This document shows positions 24,541-35,018 of a DNA stretch of 64,000 bases, piece after piece. Made by a program: the position numbers and the translations under genes. The notes beneath the pieces were generated by a model. It was not told where the DNA came from and searched no databases. It was given only the letters and a program-made list of their open reading frames with translations. The DNA comes from Gracilinanus agilis (taxonomy: Eukaryota): the NCBI RefSeq assembly GCF_016433145.1, contig NC_058133.1, positions 74,878,155-74,942,154 of the forward strand. The letters run 5' to 3'. Positions within the stretch are counted from its first letter, which is position 1. Each line of letters begins with the position of its first letter.

Positions 24541-26194
24541 TGTTATACATTTACATCCCTTAGATGAGGAACCCACTGGGTGGTCAGGCATAGATGGATT
24601 GAAAAGTTAAGAGATGCCTAAGGTGTCAAAACTGGTAAATGAGAATTCGAGGACTAGAACTCAGGACTTTTGATTCCTAGATATGTATTCCTTCTGTTAT
24701 ACTATACTACCTGCTTTGGATTTCTTTTTCATTCTATCCCACTAGAAGATGAAACTTTTTCATCTTTGCATTTTAATTATAAAGACAGTGTAGTAGAAAA
24801 TCCTTAGTTCTCCCTTTTAGGGACCCCCCCTTATGGTCTAAGGACTGGCTTTGTGAGACTGACACACCCAGAAACTCCCTCCTTCCCCTGTACCTGCTGG
24901 AACTCCAGAACAAAGCGAGTGGTTCCACTTCAGAGGACACTGGTACTTCCCAAGCTGTGACCTGACAAATCCATGATGGATTGATGTTCTGGACTTATTC
25001 TGTCTGTACCATACTAAGAACTATACAAGTCTAAAGCTGCCTCCCCCTAACTAAGTTTCCTTTTTAAGTTCATTTATTTTAACATTCATTAAAATTTTTT
25101 TTGAATTTCAAATTTTCTCCTTAGCTCCAGCCCCAACTCCATCCATCAAAAGGCAAGCAATACCATATCCATTATACATATGAAGTCGTGTAAAACATAT
25201 TTCTAGATTAGCTACGAATAACTATATTTCAATACAACTTATTTCCTTCATAATTATTTTTAAAGCTTTATTCTGAGAGGGTTTCATGGGACTGCCAAAG
25301 GGGTCTATGAAAAAAAAAAGTCAAGACCTTTGTTCTCAAGCAGCATTTCTGAGCCTTAGCATCATCTAGCCATAGAATGTGAAAGCTGGATTCAACTTAT
25401 TTAATGATAAGGAAATCAAGTCACAGTGAGGAGAATTCACTTGCCTGAGACTACACAGAAAGTGGTTGAGCAAGCACTCCACCCCAAGCCTTTTAATTCC
25501 AAATTGAGGGCTCTTGTCACTATACTCTCCTGTGTCCTAATAACCTAATGTCCTAACAGAAGAAAGATGTAACAAATTGGCAAAACTTTTCCCTTATGCC
25601 TCAAAAATTATAAGCTTTAAAGAGAAAAAAAACCCTCTTGTTTCTTTTCCTTGCCTTTCCTATCCTGTTTCTTCTTCCTAGAATCTTTCTTTTCTCTAGT
25701 TCTTTGACTTTGATACCCAGTGACAGCTCCTACCTCCCTGATCCATAGAGACTGCAAAGAGTCAAATGGTCTTCTGTAGAGAATATAGATCGTTACATGT
25801 TTTACACAATGTAGTCTGGAGTGGGAAACACTGTTTTAAAGCATTTTCCCACCACTGTCTTTTTCAGATCACTATAGAGGCAGCTAAGTGATATAGTAGA
25901 TAGAGTGCTGGGCCCAGAGCTGGGAAGACCTGAGTTCAAATTTGACCTCAAACACCAGTGACCTTGGGCAAGTCACTTAACCTAAAATCTCCCTTAGTTT
26001 TTCCAACTGCAAAATGAGGATAATGATAGTATCTACTTCTCAGGATTATTATGAAGATTAAATGATGTTCATTTAATATGATACCTGTTTAATAAATGCA
26101 TGTTTCCTTCTTTCCCCAAAGACTATCATCTAAATGAAGCCTTTCCTTATCCCCTTAGCTGCTGCTGCCCTCTTTCCATCTACATTGTATTTCT

Positions 26195-26695
26195 ATTGTG
26201 CTGTAAGAAATGATGAGCAGGATGATTTCAGAAAGAACTAGAAAGACCTTCATGGACTGATGCAGAGTGAAATAAGCAGAACCAGGAAAACATCGCACAT
26301 AGTAACAGCAAGATGGTGGAATGATCAAATGTGATAGACTTAGCTATTATCGGCAATTTAATGATCCAGGATAATTCTGAGGGACTTATGACAAAGAATG
26401 CTCTCTACCTCCGGAGAAAGAACTGTTGGAGTAGGAATGCATATGAAAGCATACAATTTTTAATTGTTTATTGGGTTTATGTTTGGAAGTTTTGGTTTTA
26501 TAAGATTACTCACAAAAATGAACAATATGGAAATAGGTATTGTGTCATAATACATGTATAACCCACATCGAATCCTCTACCAGCACTGGGAGAGGGGAGG
26601 GAAAGGAGGGAGGGAGATAAGTTTGATCATATAACTTAGGAAAATTTGGGTGGAAATTTGTTATTACAGGCCATTGGTAAAAAAAAAAAATAAAA
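26195..26695 (+). mobile_element. L1 3' fragment
   Basis: gctgtaagaaatgatgagcaggatgatttcagaaag...gaactgatgcagagtgaaataagcagaaccagg; A tail near 26678-26696. Confidence 0.85.
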
Positions 26696-27627
26696 ATATA
26701 CACCTACTTTGTATTTATTTTGTATGATAGTTTTTAGAAGATTCTTTTTAAACATTACATATACAGTATTATAAAAAATATATTATTTACATATTGGCTT
26801 CCCTGACAGAATTTAAGCTCCTCAAAGACAGAGATTGTTTTATTTTTGTCTTTCTATGTCCAGTGCCTAGCACAATACCTGGTGCTTAATAAATGCTTGT
26901 TTACTGATGATTCAACATGATTACTGGCTTCAGTTAGGAGTAGGGCTATCATGCTGAAGAAGGTTTAATTATATTTTATATTGCTATAAAAAATAAAACT
27001 AAAATCAGTGTGTGGGAATTACATAAAGGCAGTTCTGGGGCTCAAGATAGGGGAAACTTCTTAATAATTAGAATTGCCTGAAGATAGAATGAGCAGCTTT
27101 GTAACATAATAAGGTCCCTGAAACTAGGGGTATTTAATCATGTGCTGAACTGCCACATGTTGAGGATATTATAGCAGGGATTAAGCATTAGACAACTTCC
27201 AAACATTCCTGATGGAAAGGCCAGAAATAGGTAGAAACATTGAAATTCAAACCCAAGAGTCAAAAGAAATCTAAAGAAGTAAATTCATTTGATGAGTTGG
27301 AAGGGACAATATGATGAGTTGTTCACATTCCAATAGGGAAGAAGAAACAAGGGTTCTTTCAGAACCCTAATGTAGTCCAGGGTTATAGAAAAAGTTATAT
27401 AAGATGGGGGACTGGAGATGGTTTTGTTCTGTTTTGTTGGCCTTAGAAGAATAATGAAATGAGAAAGAAAGGGAAATGTTCTGAAGAGGAAAGTGGGGGG
27501 TCTTGATATCTCATAAAATAAGATGCATGAAATTGTAATGATATGCAAACATTAAGGAAAGAGTAGTGGGGCAGGGATGCAAATTTCACTTTCATCTGAA
27601 CTAGACTCTCTGCCATACGATTACACG

Positions 27628-27656
27628 AACACACACATACACACATACACACACAC
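27628..27656. repeat. (CA)n microsatellite
   Basis: acacacacatacacacatacacacacac. Confidence 0.9.
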
Positions 27657-28085
27657 TCTTATTCAGGCATGTATATAACACTTAATGTAGATATACATTG
27701 AACTTAGAAAAATATGAGGAAAGTAGGATGTAAGAGGAATGCCAGAATAGTTGAGGGATTAGTTATAAGCAAAACAAGGTCCAGCATTGAAGAATAGAGC
27801 ATGAAGTGGGTTTGAAAAGGAAAAAAAAGACCAAGGAAGAACCCGTACTTTAGGGCCAGAGGAAGAGAAGTGGGGAAATGGAGTCGAAACAGAACGCTTC
27901 TGTTAGGCAAATTCTTCTTTCATCACCTTTTTTTGAAAAATGAGGGGGACAGAGATCAAAGAGAAGAAAAAGTACAAGATGAAGGAAAATACCTGATAAA
28001 CAATCATAATCATGAACATTAATGAGACTAACTCCATAATAAAACAAAAGTGCAGAGCAGATTAAAAAGAAGAATACAACAGTAA

Positions 28086-28480
28086 GGGGCTGGCTAAGTA
28101 GCACAGTGAATAGAGATCCAAGCCTGGAGTCAGGAGGACCTGGATTCAAACCTGGCCTCAGACACTTCCTAGTTATGTGACCCTGAGCAAGTCACTTAAT
28201 CCCAATTGCCTAGACCAGTGGTTCCCAAACTTTTTTGGCCTACCGCCCCCTTTCCAGAAAAAATATTACTTAGCACCCCCTGTCATATACTATCACCGCC
28301 CTCTTACAGTTATTCACCACCGCCAAATGCATCTGTGGCCATCACCACTACCCTGGATCACTGTAGCACCCACCAGGGGGCAGTGGCATCCACTTTGGGA
28401 ATCACTGGCCTAGACCTTGTAGCTCTTCATCTTAGAGCTGTTACTAAGACAGAAGGTAAGGGTTTAAAAAATAAATAAAA
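28086..28480 (+). mobile_element. Opossum SINE1 copy interrupted by a hAT MITE
   Basis: SINE1 head and core to 28215; tail resumes at 28408. Confidence 0.88.
28216..28407. mobile_element. Non-autonomous hAT (Charlie-type) MITE, 192 bp
   Basis: TIRs cagtggttcccaaac / ctttgggaatcactg; perfect 8-bp TSD gcctagac at 28208-28215 and 28408-28415. Confidence 0.93.
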
Positions 28481-29487
28481 AGTAAAAACAAGAAGGAATC
28501 TGTTCACTTGAAAAGTGGATTTTGGAACTATGTCAAGAGACAAGAGAATCACCAGGATTATGCTATTCTTCAGTGGACTGGATTTGGACAAGAATTTCCC
28601 AACACTATAGAGTGTAGATTTCTTTTTTCCATTACTAAGCGGTCTTGTGAGGCCATACTTCTTTGGAAATATTAAAAAGCAGGACAGATAATGATCTTTC
28701 TAAGGTGAGTTGAGTGGATTTTTTCCTCAGATACAAAGAATTCAACTCCTCAAATCTCTCCCAATTTTAAAATCCAATAAACCTTGAGGCCATGTTTAGT
28801 GTTGGTCAATAAGCTTACAGAAATCATTTGAAAAGGAAAATTTCCATTTTGCTTTCGCTGACTTCAGAAGATCAAATATCACCTTGGACCTGTGGCTTTT
28901 ATTTTTTCCACTTAGGAGAGGAGCACAAACCACCTTGGTGCTTTAAAACATTAAGTGTATGTGAGAGTCTGGAGATTTTTGGGGAAAAGTAAAGAAGGGG
29001 TTCTAGAAGTATGTTTGCAGGAGACTAAAGTGCATTAGGGTTTGATTGGACATGTTATATATTTCAAAATTGCTGCTTGATTGTATATTTGTTACAATGA
29101 ATTTTTTTCCCTCTTGATGGGAGTTGGTAGAAGGAAAAGGAAATACATGCTTATTAATTTTAAAAATAAACTTGAAGTTAAGTACATCACTGGGAAAAGC
29201 TCTTTGGCTTTGCTTCGTCTGCCTTCTTTTTCCCTTAGTCTTGTCACCAAAATGCAGACAAATGACCATTCTTTTCCAATCCTTTGTTTCCATCAGTCAA
29301 GCAAATGTGCTGAACTTGTGAACCTCCAATTCCTCTATTTCTTCCATTACAATGAATGATGCAAAAGGCGTAAGTGACTTCCCTCAGAGGTCTGACAGCA
29401 GCAGAAATGGAATATCCAAGGTATAGATGACAACATGTCATCAGACACTCAGATGCTTTCCAGGAGACTGAAACCTGTTAGAGAGAA

Positions 29488-29488
<1 letters not shown>

Positions 29489-29531
<43 letters not shown>

Positions 29532-29536
29532 GGGGG
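29489..29536. repeat. A35 run joined directly to G13 run
   Basis: Seen directly in the sequence. Confidence 0.95.
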
Positions 29537-29644
29537 AGGCGGGGAGGCTGGAATAAAAATCTGACTGCAAAATATATCTTCTTCAATCATTCCCACAAAT
29601 AAAGACCATTTTCTTCTTTTAGAATAAATTTTAATAATATCATT

Positions 29645-29823
29645 TTTTAACCCTTACCTTCTGTCCTAGAATCAATGCTGTATGTTTGTTCCAAGGCAGG
29701 CAATCGGAGTTAAGTGACCTGCCCAGAGTCACATAGCTAGGAAGTGTCTGAAGTCAAATTTGAACCCAGGACCTCCAGTATCCAGGCCTGGCTTTCAATA
29801 TATTGAGTCACCTAGTTGTCCCC
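29645..29823 (-). mobile_element. Opossum SINE1 copy
   Basis: ttttttaacccttaccttctg...cacctagttgtcccc. Confidence 0.88.
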
Positions 29824-29829
29824 AGTATA

Positions 29830-30900
29830 ATTTGATTTTGCATCACCTAGCTTTCCCGCTGTACACCTACCTTTTTCCCTCTTGGGAAATTCCATATTGC
29901 AAATAATAAAAAAGAAAAATAGGAAAAAAAAAAGAAAAAATCAGCAAAAGTGGTCAACATAGAAAAAAAAAATTATCAGTGTTGCCAGTCTTTGTATTTT
30001 TTACCTCTGAAAAGGAGTGGAAAGAAGTTTTTTCTCATAGCTTTTCTTTGGGACCAAGCTTGCTCTTTGTGATTTTGCAACATTCTTTTCTTGTTCATTT
30101 TGTGGTTGTTCTTTCTATTTATATTGTAATCAGTTAACGATTGTACAACATTCTTTTCTTGTTTGTTTTGTGGTTGTTCTTTCTATTTATATTGTAATCA
30201 GTTAACAATTGTACAACCCAGGGGAATTGCTATGACTCGGAGTAGGGAGGGAAGAGGGGAAAGAAAGAAAATAAATCATGTAAACATGGAAAAATATTTT
30301 AAAATGTATTGTAAACAGTGTATATTTTGGGGGTGGGTCTATGCTTGCTTCTCTTTGTAACAGTTTATGTTAGTCTTTCCACATTTCTCCATATTTATGT
30401 ATTTGTCATGTGTTATAGCACAATAATATTCAATTACATTCTTGTTCCACAATTTGTTTAGCCGTTCTCTAATGGATGTGTCTACTTTGTTCCTGGTTCT
30501 TTGCTACCACACATACACAAATGCAGTTATAAATATTTTGTCATAAATTGAGCCTTCCTTTTTGCAAATGACCTCCTTGGTTATGGGCATTTTAACCACT
30601 TTATTTGTATAATTCCAACTTGTTTTTCAGGATGTTTCTATTAGTTCACAGTTCCACCAACAATGCATCAGTACATCCATCTTTCCACAACTCCTCCAGC
30701 ATTGACTATTCCTATACTTGGCCATCTTTGCCAGTTACCCAAGTGTAAGGTGAAACCTCATTTCTATTTTCCTAATATCTAATCACTATTATTAGTGATT
30801 TAGAGCCTTCTTTCATCATTCTTTCATACAGTTGTTAATAGTTTGTGATCTTCTTGTGAGAATTTATGTTCATACCCTTTGACCATTTATCTGTAAGGGT
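29830..30900 (-). mobile_element. Old L1 3' fragment with internal 68-bp tandem duplication and a small + strand L1 tail (about 30215-30310)
   Basis: gtgttatagcacaataatattcaattacattc...ctcctccagcattgac...aagtgtaaggtgaaacctc is antisense L1 ORF2 end/3' UTR. Confidence 0.75.
30078..30213. repeat. Tandem duplication, 2 x 68 bp
   Basis: Unit caacattcttttcttgtt..ttttgtggttgttctttctatttatattgtaatcagttaac(g/a)attgta starts at 30078 and 30146. Confidence 0.95.
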
Positions 30901-30951
30901 AAGGGGGAGGGGGAATAAACATTTATATAGCACTTACCACATGCCAGGCAT

Positions 30952-31143
30952 TTTTACCTCTGGCCTTAGCATCAATCCTAAATATTGATTCCAAGGCAGA
31001 AGAGTGGTAAGGGCTAGGCAATTCAAGTTAAGTGACTTGCTTGGGCTCACACAGATAAGAAAATGTCTGAGGCTAGATTTGAACCCAGGCTCTCCAGTCT
31101 CCAGACCTGGCTTCTAACCACTGAACTATCCACTAGCTGCCCT
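30952..31143 (-). mobile_element. Opossum SINE1 copy
   Basis: gattccaaggcagaagagtggtaagggctaggcaa...ctagctgcccc. Confidence 0.88.
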
Positions 31144-32096
31144 GGTGCAAAATATTTTTTACAAATATTATCTCATTTGATCCTTAAAACCACTCTGGAA
31201 GGCAAATACTATTATCCACATTTTACAGTTGGGAAAACTGAGGAAAACAGAGGTTGACTTGTCTAGAGACATGGCTAGAAAATGTCTGAGGTTTTATTTG
31301 AACTCTGTGGCCTTTCTGACTCCAGGCCCAGCACTTTAATTTATGACCAGCTGAGGCAAAACTTATTTTCAAAGGATAGCAACAAAGATAGGTCCCAAAA
31401 AGCTTTGGAGGAGAGTCTAATGACTTGACAAGAATAGCATGTGAAGTGTTCTCACAACCAACTGCATAACCATTGGTAGAGCTCAAATGTGCTTTACAAA
31501 AGGGCAATAATAGAGCTAGAATTGTCTTCCATGAATACACCAGTCCTTATACTTTCTTCTCTCCTTCTTTCCACTTGCCCTTCTCCAAGTCTTTTCTCAT
31601 TTGCCTGGGAATTCATCCAGGGCCCCACCAGCACCAATCATGCTCCATAATACCTGTCCTCAGTCCAAGTCACCTGGAGATATTACTGACTTGTCACCTT
31701 CACATGCAAAACCAAGTACCCGAAGTACTTGGAAATAGAGGAGAACTTCACTGTGTGAACAAAGGGAAGGAGGCGAAGAACACTGAACCAAACGCTGAGG
31801 TCCTGGTCCTCGTTGAGTCCCCACCGAATCTGTCCTGGAAAACTCCCAGAAAAGGAGTCCCACCCTTGCTAAAGTAACAGGTCAGATCGCCTGAATCCCC
31901 TCTCTTCTCTCTTCTCCCCCCATCTCTTATGCCCACAGGCAAGTCTCTTCGAGAGAGAGAGGAGGCCAGATACCTAATGTCAGGGAGTCAGAGTAGAGAG
32001 AAAGAGGGAATGGATGGGGCTGATTGTGGGTGGTAAACTGATTTAGTTCTGAAGAGGCTGGATTGTGGTTTGAAGAGATTGGGCATTCGAGGACAT

Positions 32097-32117
32097 CCGA
32101 GTACCATGGACAGCGCC
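32097..32117 (+). promoter_or_regulatory. RE1/NRSE (REST binding site)-like element
   Basis: ccgagtaccatggacagcgcc vs consensus TTCAGCACCNNGGACAGCGCC; right half GGACAGCGCC perfect, canonical spacing. Confidence 0.7.
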
Positions 32118-32177
32118 GGCTGGGTTGTGTAAAGGCTCTCTTGGTGTTACCTTTTTCTCATTCTCTTTCTCTGATCC

Positions 32178-32328
32178 NNNNNNNNNNNNNNNNNNNNNNN
32201 NNNNNNNNNNNNNNNNNNNNNNNNNNNNNNNNNNNNNNNNNNNNNNNNNNNNNNNNNNNNNNNNNNNNNNNNNNNNNNNNNNNNNNNNNNNNNNNNNNNN
32301 NNNNNNNNNNNNNNNNNNNNNNNNNNNN
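32178..32328. other. Assembly gap inside the CpG island
   Basis: 151 Ns. Confidence 0.99.
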
Positions 32329-32464
32329 TTGATCCTTTGATTTCCATTAGTGCCCCAAAGGTGTCTCTCTCTTTCCTCGGACTCAGCCCTGGTAGTTGGC
32401 TGCAGGACTCACTCGTCCCCCAGAGGACACCGGCTGGTCTTGGCTCTCCTTTCCCCGCCCCCAG

Positions 32465-32517
32465 GCCGTGAAGCTGCTTCTCCTTCTTCACTCGGCTGAC
32501 GAGCCGAGCCTGGGAAG
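32465..32517 (+). other. Candidate 53-nt 5' UTR exon
   Basis: Acceptor ctcctttccccgcccccag|G and donor AAG|gtgggt. Confidence 0.4.
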
Positions 32518-32589
32518 GTGGGTGGGTGTGCCAGGGAAGAGAAAGAAGCCCCTTGGTCTCCTGGCTGCCTGTGCCCTACTCCCCCGCCC

Positions 32590-32709
32590 TACCATTGCGC
32601 TCTGCAGCTCTGCTTCTGGCCGACCCAAAACCAAAGCCTGTGCTCCGGTCCGCTGGAGGAGATGCAGCAACACCGACAGCTGTGCGCTCAAGTTTTACGG
32701 AATAGCCAG
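32590..32709 (+). other. Candidate alternative first exon (start approximate)
   Basis: Donor CAG|gtgtgt at 32709/32710, alternative gtgagt at 32716; contains GAGATGC, which could start MQQHRQLCAQVLRNSQ in phase 0. Confidence 0.4.
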
Positions 32710-33489
32710 GTGTGTGTGAGTGTTCGAACGCTCAGTGTTCATGGAGCTGGTGGGGGCAGGGAATAACCGTGTCTGTCAGTCCTCAGTCTCACTCTCTCCT
32801 CTCCGTCTGTTTGTCTTTCTCCGCCTGCCAGTCTATCTGTCCTATCTCTCCCTCTTCCCCTCCTTTTATCTCGGTGTGTCTGTTTATGCTCCCTGAGCGT
32901 TTCCGTCCCTGTCAGCCCTGGGGAATCCGGTTTTAGTCAGATCTTCCTTTCCCTTGAAGTTTGGTGAATTAGCCTGACGTAGGGACCGAAGGCTGTTTTG
33001 TATTGCTGGTTGGTGTGTGTCTAGCTGCCTGCGCTCCTGGAGTCCCTCTCTGTCCCGATCCGGTCTCCGCGAGGCTCTCGGTCAGTCAGGGCGTCTTCCT
33101 GGGCGTGTTGACCCAGACATCGCCTGTTGGCCGGCCGGCCTGCCTATCAGTATGCGCCCTGGGCGCAGAGCACAGGGAAAGGTGACGCGCTTGAGAACAA
33201 CTCCGTTACAAAGTGTTTTCATACAGATCATCCCCTCTGGCCTTGGGGATCGCTCCTGTCCCCCGAGCTACGGGCTTCCTTACCCTACTGTGCCTAATAT
33301 CTGCTCTCACCCACCCACTCCGGCCAGCCACTGCCCATTGTGAGCTCCCGGGCGTGAAGCTGAATTCAGCCTCTTTGGAGCGGGAGGGGGGATATGGCCG
33401 CTGGGTTGAAAGACTTGGCAGGGCGGGAGCCGGAGGGAGGCACTGGCCACAGTCGGAAACCCTGCGTTCCCCCTCCCTCTTTCCCCTCC

Positions 33490-33612
33490 CTTCTAGTTAA
33501 CCAGTTCGCCCGCCGCCTCTCAAGCGCTGCTGCCTAGACCGAGTTTGGCTGAACTGGGGAAGGGGAAAGAGGAGGTGGGGACAGTTGCTCTCAGGAAACT
33601 AGAGCTTCCAGG
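33490..33612 (+). other. Candidate alternative first exon (start approximate)
   Basis: Strong donor AGG|gtaagt at 33612/33613; X-box-like gttgctctcaggaaac at 33584-33599. Confidence 0.45.
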
Positions 33613-34813
33613 GTAAGTAACTCATTCCCCTCCCTGGCGTCCCTTTGTCCTCTTGTCCCTTGATAGGTCTCTGGGGAGGCGGCGGGGGGACTGGGAGAGA
33701 GGTAGAAGTGGACTGCGAGGACGGAAAAGAAAGCTCTACTATGCTAACTATGAAATGTTTCCGTTTGCTGAGGTGTGGGGGGTCAGAGGGAACAGGGGTA
33801 GGGAGGAGGACCCAACCCGGGGAAATGATGTTTGGTGATTTGTTTCTTCTCTTTCTCCCTCCCCCATCCCCCCTTCCCCCGCCCCCTGACTCCTCTCCTA
33901 TATTTCAATGCTTGGCTGTGGAAGTTACCTCCCAACCCCCACCCCACATGAAATCCTGATGCCCTTGAATTTTGCATTTTGTGTCTAGTCTGACGTGTGG
34001 CGTGAGAGCTTAGGAGGAGAGGGAGGTGACAATTAAATATTCCCACCTGTTCTTATTCTGAAGCCCTCAGGCAATGGCAACCCATTCTCGGGTCCTTTCC
34101 TCTCCTCTTTTCTGCCCAGCCTGCAATCCTTGCCCAGCCCCACTCCTTTCTACCTACTGTCTCCTCGCTCTTTTCTTGAGAGGTTTCTGCTGTGATAGTG
34201 GTTTAAATGATCTCGGCCGTTTCTGAGGAGAACTGTCCAGGTGCTGAGTTTTATCCAGACCAATTTCTGGGCCTTGCTTTCCCCAGGTCCTGCGGATAAT
34301 ATCGTCCACCCTTCAAAAGAGTGGGCGGAGGAAAGTGATGGGCAGAAGGAATCCGAAAGGGGCTGAGAGTGCTTCAGGATATTGTTTGCTTTGACTGAGG
34401 ACAGGTTGCATTTAGAGTCATTTAGGAAAAAGGAAAGATGTGTTCTGTACAGATGAAATACTTGGGAGTGACACATATTTATACTCTTAATTGAGTCCTG
34501 GGGCTTTCATCAGGGATGATCCTGCCCATAGAGGCCCGGCAGGAAGGATAGGTCTGACTTTGCAGAAACTTGAGGATGGTTGAGAAGAGATGGGGAAGTG
34601 GGAAAGGAATTGGAATGAGCAGAATAGTATTCTCTAATAATAGTTTTGAATTCCCTAGAAGTCTGCTTGAAGAGCCCAGCTCTTTATAGAGAACCTATTC
34701 CAAGGTTGGGAGACTTGCCTAATGATGGTGAAAGCAGAAATCTCTTAGGTATCCAAAGAAAAGTGCAGTCCTGCCTCACCTATGACATCAAACAAGTCAG
34801 TACTGGACCATAC

Positions 34814-35018
34814 TTTTTTTTTTTAAACCCTTACCTTCCATCTTGGAGTCAATACTGTGTATTGGCTCCAAGGCAGAAGAGTGGCAAGGGCTAGGCAATG
34901 GGGGTCAAGTGACTTGCTCAGGGTCACACAGCTGGGAAGTGTCTGAGGCCAGACTTGAACCTAGGAACTCCCATCTTTAGGCCTGGCTCTCAATCTACTG
35001 AGCTACCCAGCTGCCCCC
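34814..35018 (-). mobile_element. Young opossum SINE1 copy
   Basis: Near-consensus; flanks tggaccatactt / tggcccatgctt. Confidence 0.93.

Larger units (their letters stand above)
31780..33900 (+). promoter_or_regulatory. CpG island; promoter/5' region of an unidentified gene, probably transcribed on +
   Basis: Sharp rise in GC and CpG over background; GC boxes; several + strand donor consensus sites. Confidence 0.85.

Noticed and set aside
28640-28704. + strand exon candidate with AAG|gtgagt donor
   Set aside because: Weak acceptor and no supporting context
31780-33900. Naming the island's gene (considered BDNF, PACSIN1, SLC6A17, neuronal miRNA hosts)
   Set aside because: No diagnostic coding exon or mature miRNA (miR-124, -9, -137, -7, -129, -135, -138, -153) seen; symbol left blank
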